DNA from: Lama guanicoe
Taxonomy: Eukaryota
Direction: 5' to 3'
Length of the DNA: 64,000 nt
NCBI GenBank assembly: GCA_013239625.1
Contig: PNXV01000239.1
Span: 124,001 to 188,000 of the forward strand
In this document: positions 62,328 through 64,000 of the stretch, in pieces
Layout of the letters: each line of letters starts with the position of its first letter
Position numbering within the stretch: position 1 is the first letter of the stretch
Program-made: the position numbers and the translations under genes
The notes under the pieces: generated by a model
Databases searched by the model: none
Told to the model about the DNA's origin: nothing
The model's input: only the letters and a program-made list of their open reading frames with translations

Positions 62328-63926
62328 TGAGTGCCCCGTGGGACCTGTGCCGGGGCTCTTCCCTCTCCTGGCTGAGTAACATGCTGGGCCTTACCTTCCC
62401 AGTATGAGAAACAAGGAGGGGAGACACCCCCGGGTCCCTTTGGAGCCCGCCTGGGCATGCAGGGTGGGGCAGTCAGTCTGCCCGCCAAGTCTCTCTCGCG
62501 GTCTGGGGCTGGAGGAGCCCTGGTTTGGAGGTGGATGGGCCCTTGGCCACAGACTTGCCTGGACCAGACCCAGCAGACACCTTGATTTAGGGAATGGTGT
62601 GGAACATGCGCTTCCTCTTCCCTTCCCCCCCAGGTTCTGGTGCCCAGCTCTGTGCTCCCACCTGGTGTGATAGGAATGACTTCTCCATGCAGGCACCCCA
62701 GAAGGGCCACAGTGCCAAGAGAGCTGTGTCTGGGTAGGGTTGGGTCTGGGACAGAGCAGGTGTCTGAGAGACTGTGAGTCCAAGCTCTCTGAGTAAAAAA
62801 AGACCTCTGGCATCTGGCCCAGCCCCTTGGTAAGATCCCCTTTGGAAGATCTTGCTGCCCTATTGCATACCGCTTATGATGGGAATCTCACTAGCTGTAA
62901 GCAGAACTAGAATCTGCTAGTCCTGCTCCATCCCCCACCCCAGGGCAATCATCTGGTGCCTTAAATCAGCTCATCTCAGGGCTAAACAGCCCCAGATCCG
63001 GCACTGTTTCTCCTGTCAGAGCCAAAGGGAGAAAAAGCAAGACAAGGAAGCTGAGGTGTCTGCCCCAGAGCAGGCAGCAGTTAGCCTGGGGCTTTCTCAG
63101 AACCCACCTTCATCAGGACTGGAATGTGTCCCCTGTATGGGTTAGCAGCCGTCTTAGAGGTCTGGAGTGAGAGAAGAGCCAGGGGACCCCTCTCCAGGCC
63201 TTCCAGCCTCTGGGTCCTCTTCCCTGTCTTCTCCTGTCGCCTGCCCTAACTGGGAGTAGTTTCTGAGAATCAAGTCTGGGCCTTCTGGTCTCTCTTTTCC
63301 CCCTTCATGACCTGCCCCTCACCCGGGAGCTTCCTCAAAGCCAAAGGAAAGGAGCGGATGCCTGGGCAGATGGTGAGCTCTGTGTCATTAGAGGTGTGTG
63401 TACAGAGGCTTGGATGAGCACTTGCTGGGGGTGAGCTCCCTTTGACTGCAAGTCTGGTACACTAGGGCCGAAGTAGAGTAGCCATGACCTTGCATTCTGG
63501 CCATGATGGAGTTGCACAGAACTTGAAGCTAGACCACAGATATCCCCTTGTAAAAGCAGACTAAGTATATGTGCTTTCACTCGAGTGTAGCTCCATCACA
63601 CAGGCTTAAGTGCTACCTGTGCCTCCCATCATCTCTACCTGCATATAATCTGGGCTCCATTTTCCTGCTCTGCTAGTCCAAGCCAATTGGGCCTTGATTT
63701 AGGGGTAGGGCAGATTCCAGTTATTAAAAAGTCATCCTATGCCAATAATTTTAAAATGTACCATGGAATTATGGAACATCCAAGCTGAAAGGGATCTTAA
63801 GAAATCATCTCATCCAACTCCCTCATTTTACAGATAGGTATCCCCTATCCCTGGAGGGGATATGACTTGTCAAAGGTCACACAGCAAACAAAAAACCAAG
63901 TCCAGGGATCCTGACTCCAGGACCAA

Positions 63927-63935
63927 TGTGTATGC

Positions 63936-63972
<37 letters not shown>
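63927..63972. repeat. (TG)16 microsatellite with preceding tgtgtatgcgtgcg
   Basis: Direct reading. Confidence 0.95.
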
Positions 63973-63976
<4 letters not shown>

Positions 63977-64000
63977 AAAAGCCATACCATACAGTAAATG

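Larger units (their letters stand above)
61590..62330 (+). promoter_or_regulatory. CpG-island promoter of the next gene, probably CORO2A
   Basis: Very high GC/CpG content, several GC boxes (GGGCGGGG ~61777, GCCCCGCCC 61801 and ~61814), NRF1-like TGCGCGC repeats 61652-61695. Identity rests on recalled GABBR2-TBC1D2-CORO2A synteny. Confidence 0.8.

Noticed and set aside
61510..62710. ORFs of 201-355 aa over the downstream CpG island
   Set aside because: Stop-codon depletion in a very GC-rich island; low-complexity R/G/A/P translations; no coronin WD40 sequence.
1..64000. Prokaryotic-type systems (CRISPR arrays, operons, phage or IS elements), rRNA, NUMT
   Set aside because: No repeat-spacer arrays, no gene-dense segments and no mitochondrial or rRNA-like sequence seen; the whole window reads as eutherian intron/intergenic DNA.

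Overview
Mammalian (eukaryotic) genomic DNA. It is most likely a camelid, judged from two short tRNA-Ala-derived vic-1-like SINEs, an artiodactyl-type L1 3' end, and no obvious Alu, B1 or BovA elements. The window contains the complete TBC1D2 gene (Armus/PARIS-1, a PH + coiled-coil + TBC Rab-GAP) on the + strand. I reconstructed 13 GT-AG coding exons from ATG 12284 to TGA 57186, with consistent phases (2790 nt, 929 aa). The catalytic IxxDxxR and YxQ motifs are intact. A CpG-island promoter lies at ~11.5-12.7 kb, with a solo ERV LTR just upstream. A second CpG island at ~61.6-62.3 kb carries a probable non-coding first exon, assigned to CORO2A by synteny only. The rest is intronic or intergenic DNA rich in MIR, L2, L1, MaLR and DNA-transposon fossils. 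Almost all ORFs in the supplied track are spurious. I found no convincing wholly new biological system. The best second-look items are: a MER5A-derived tailed-mirtron-like hairpin at the intron 4 acceptor (apparent ortholog of human MIR6854); a possible GAP-only short isoform or poison micro-exon in intron 6; convergent CTCF sites bracketing the gene; signs of a bidirectional promoter with an in-frame uORF; and no canonical poly(A) signal after TBC1D2. Repeat-family names and human comparisons are from recall, not from searches.
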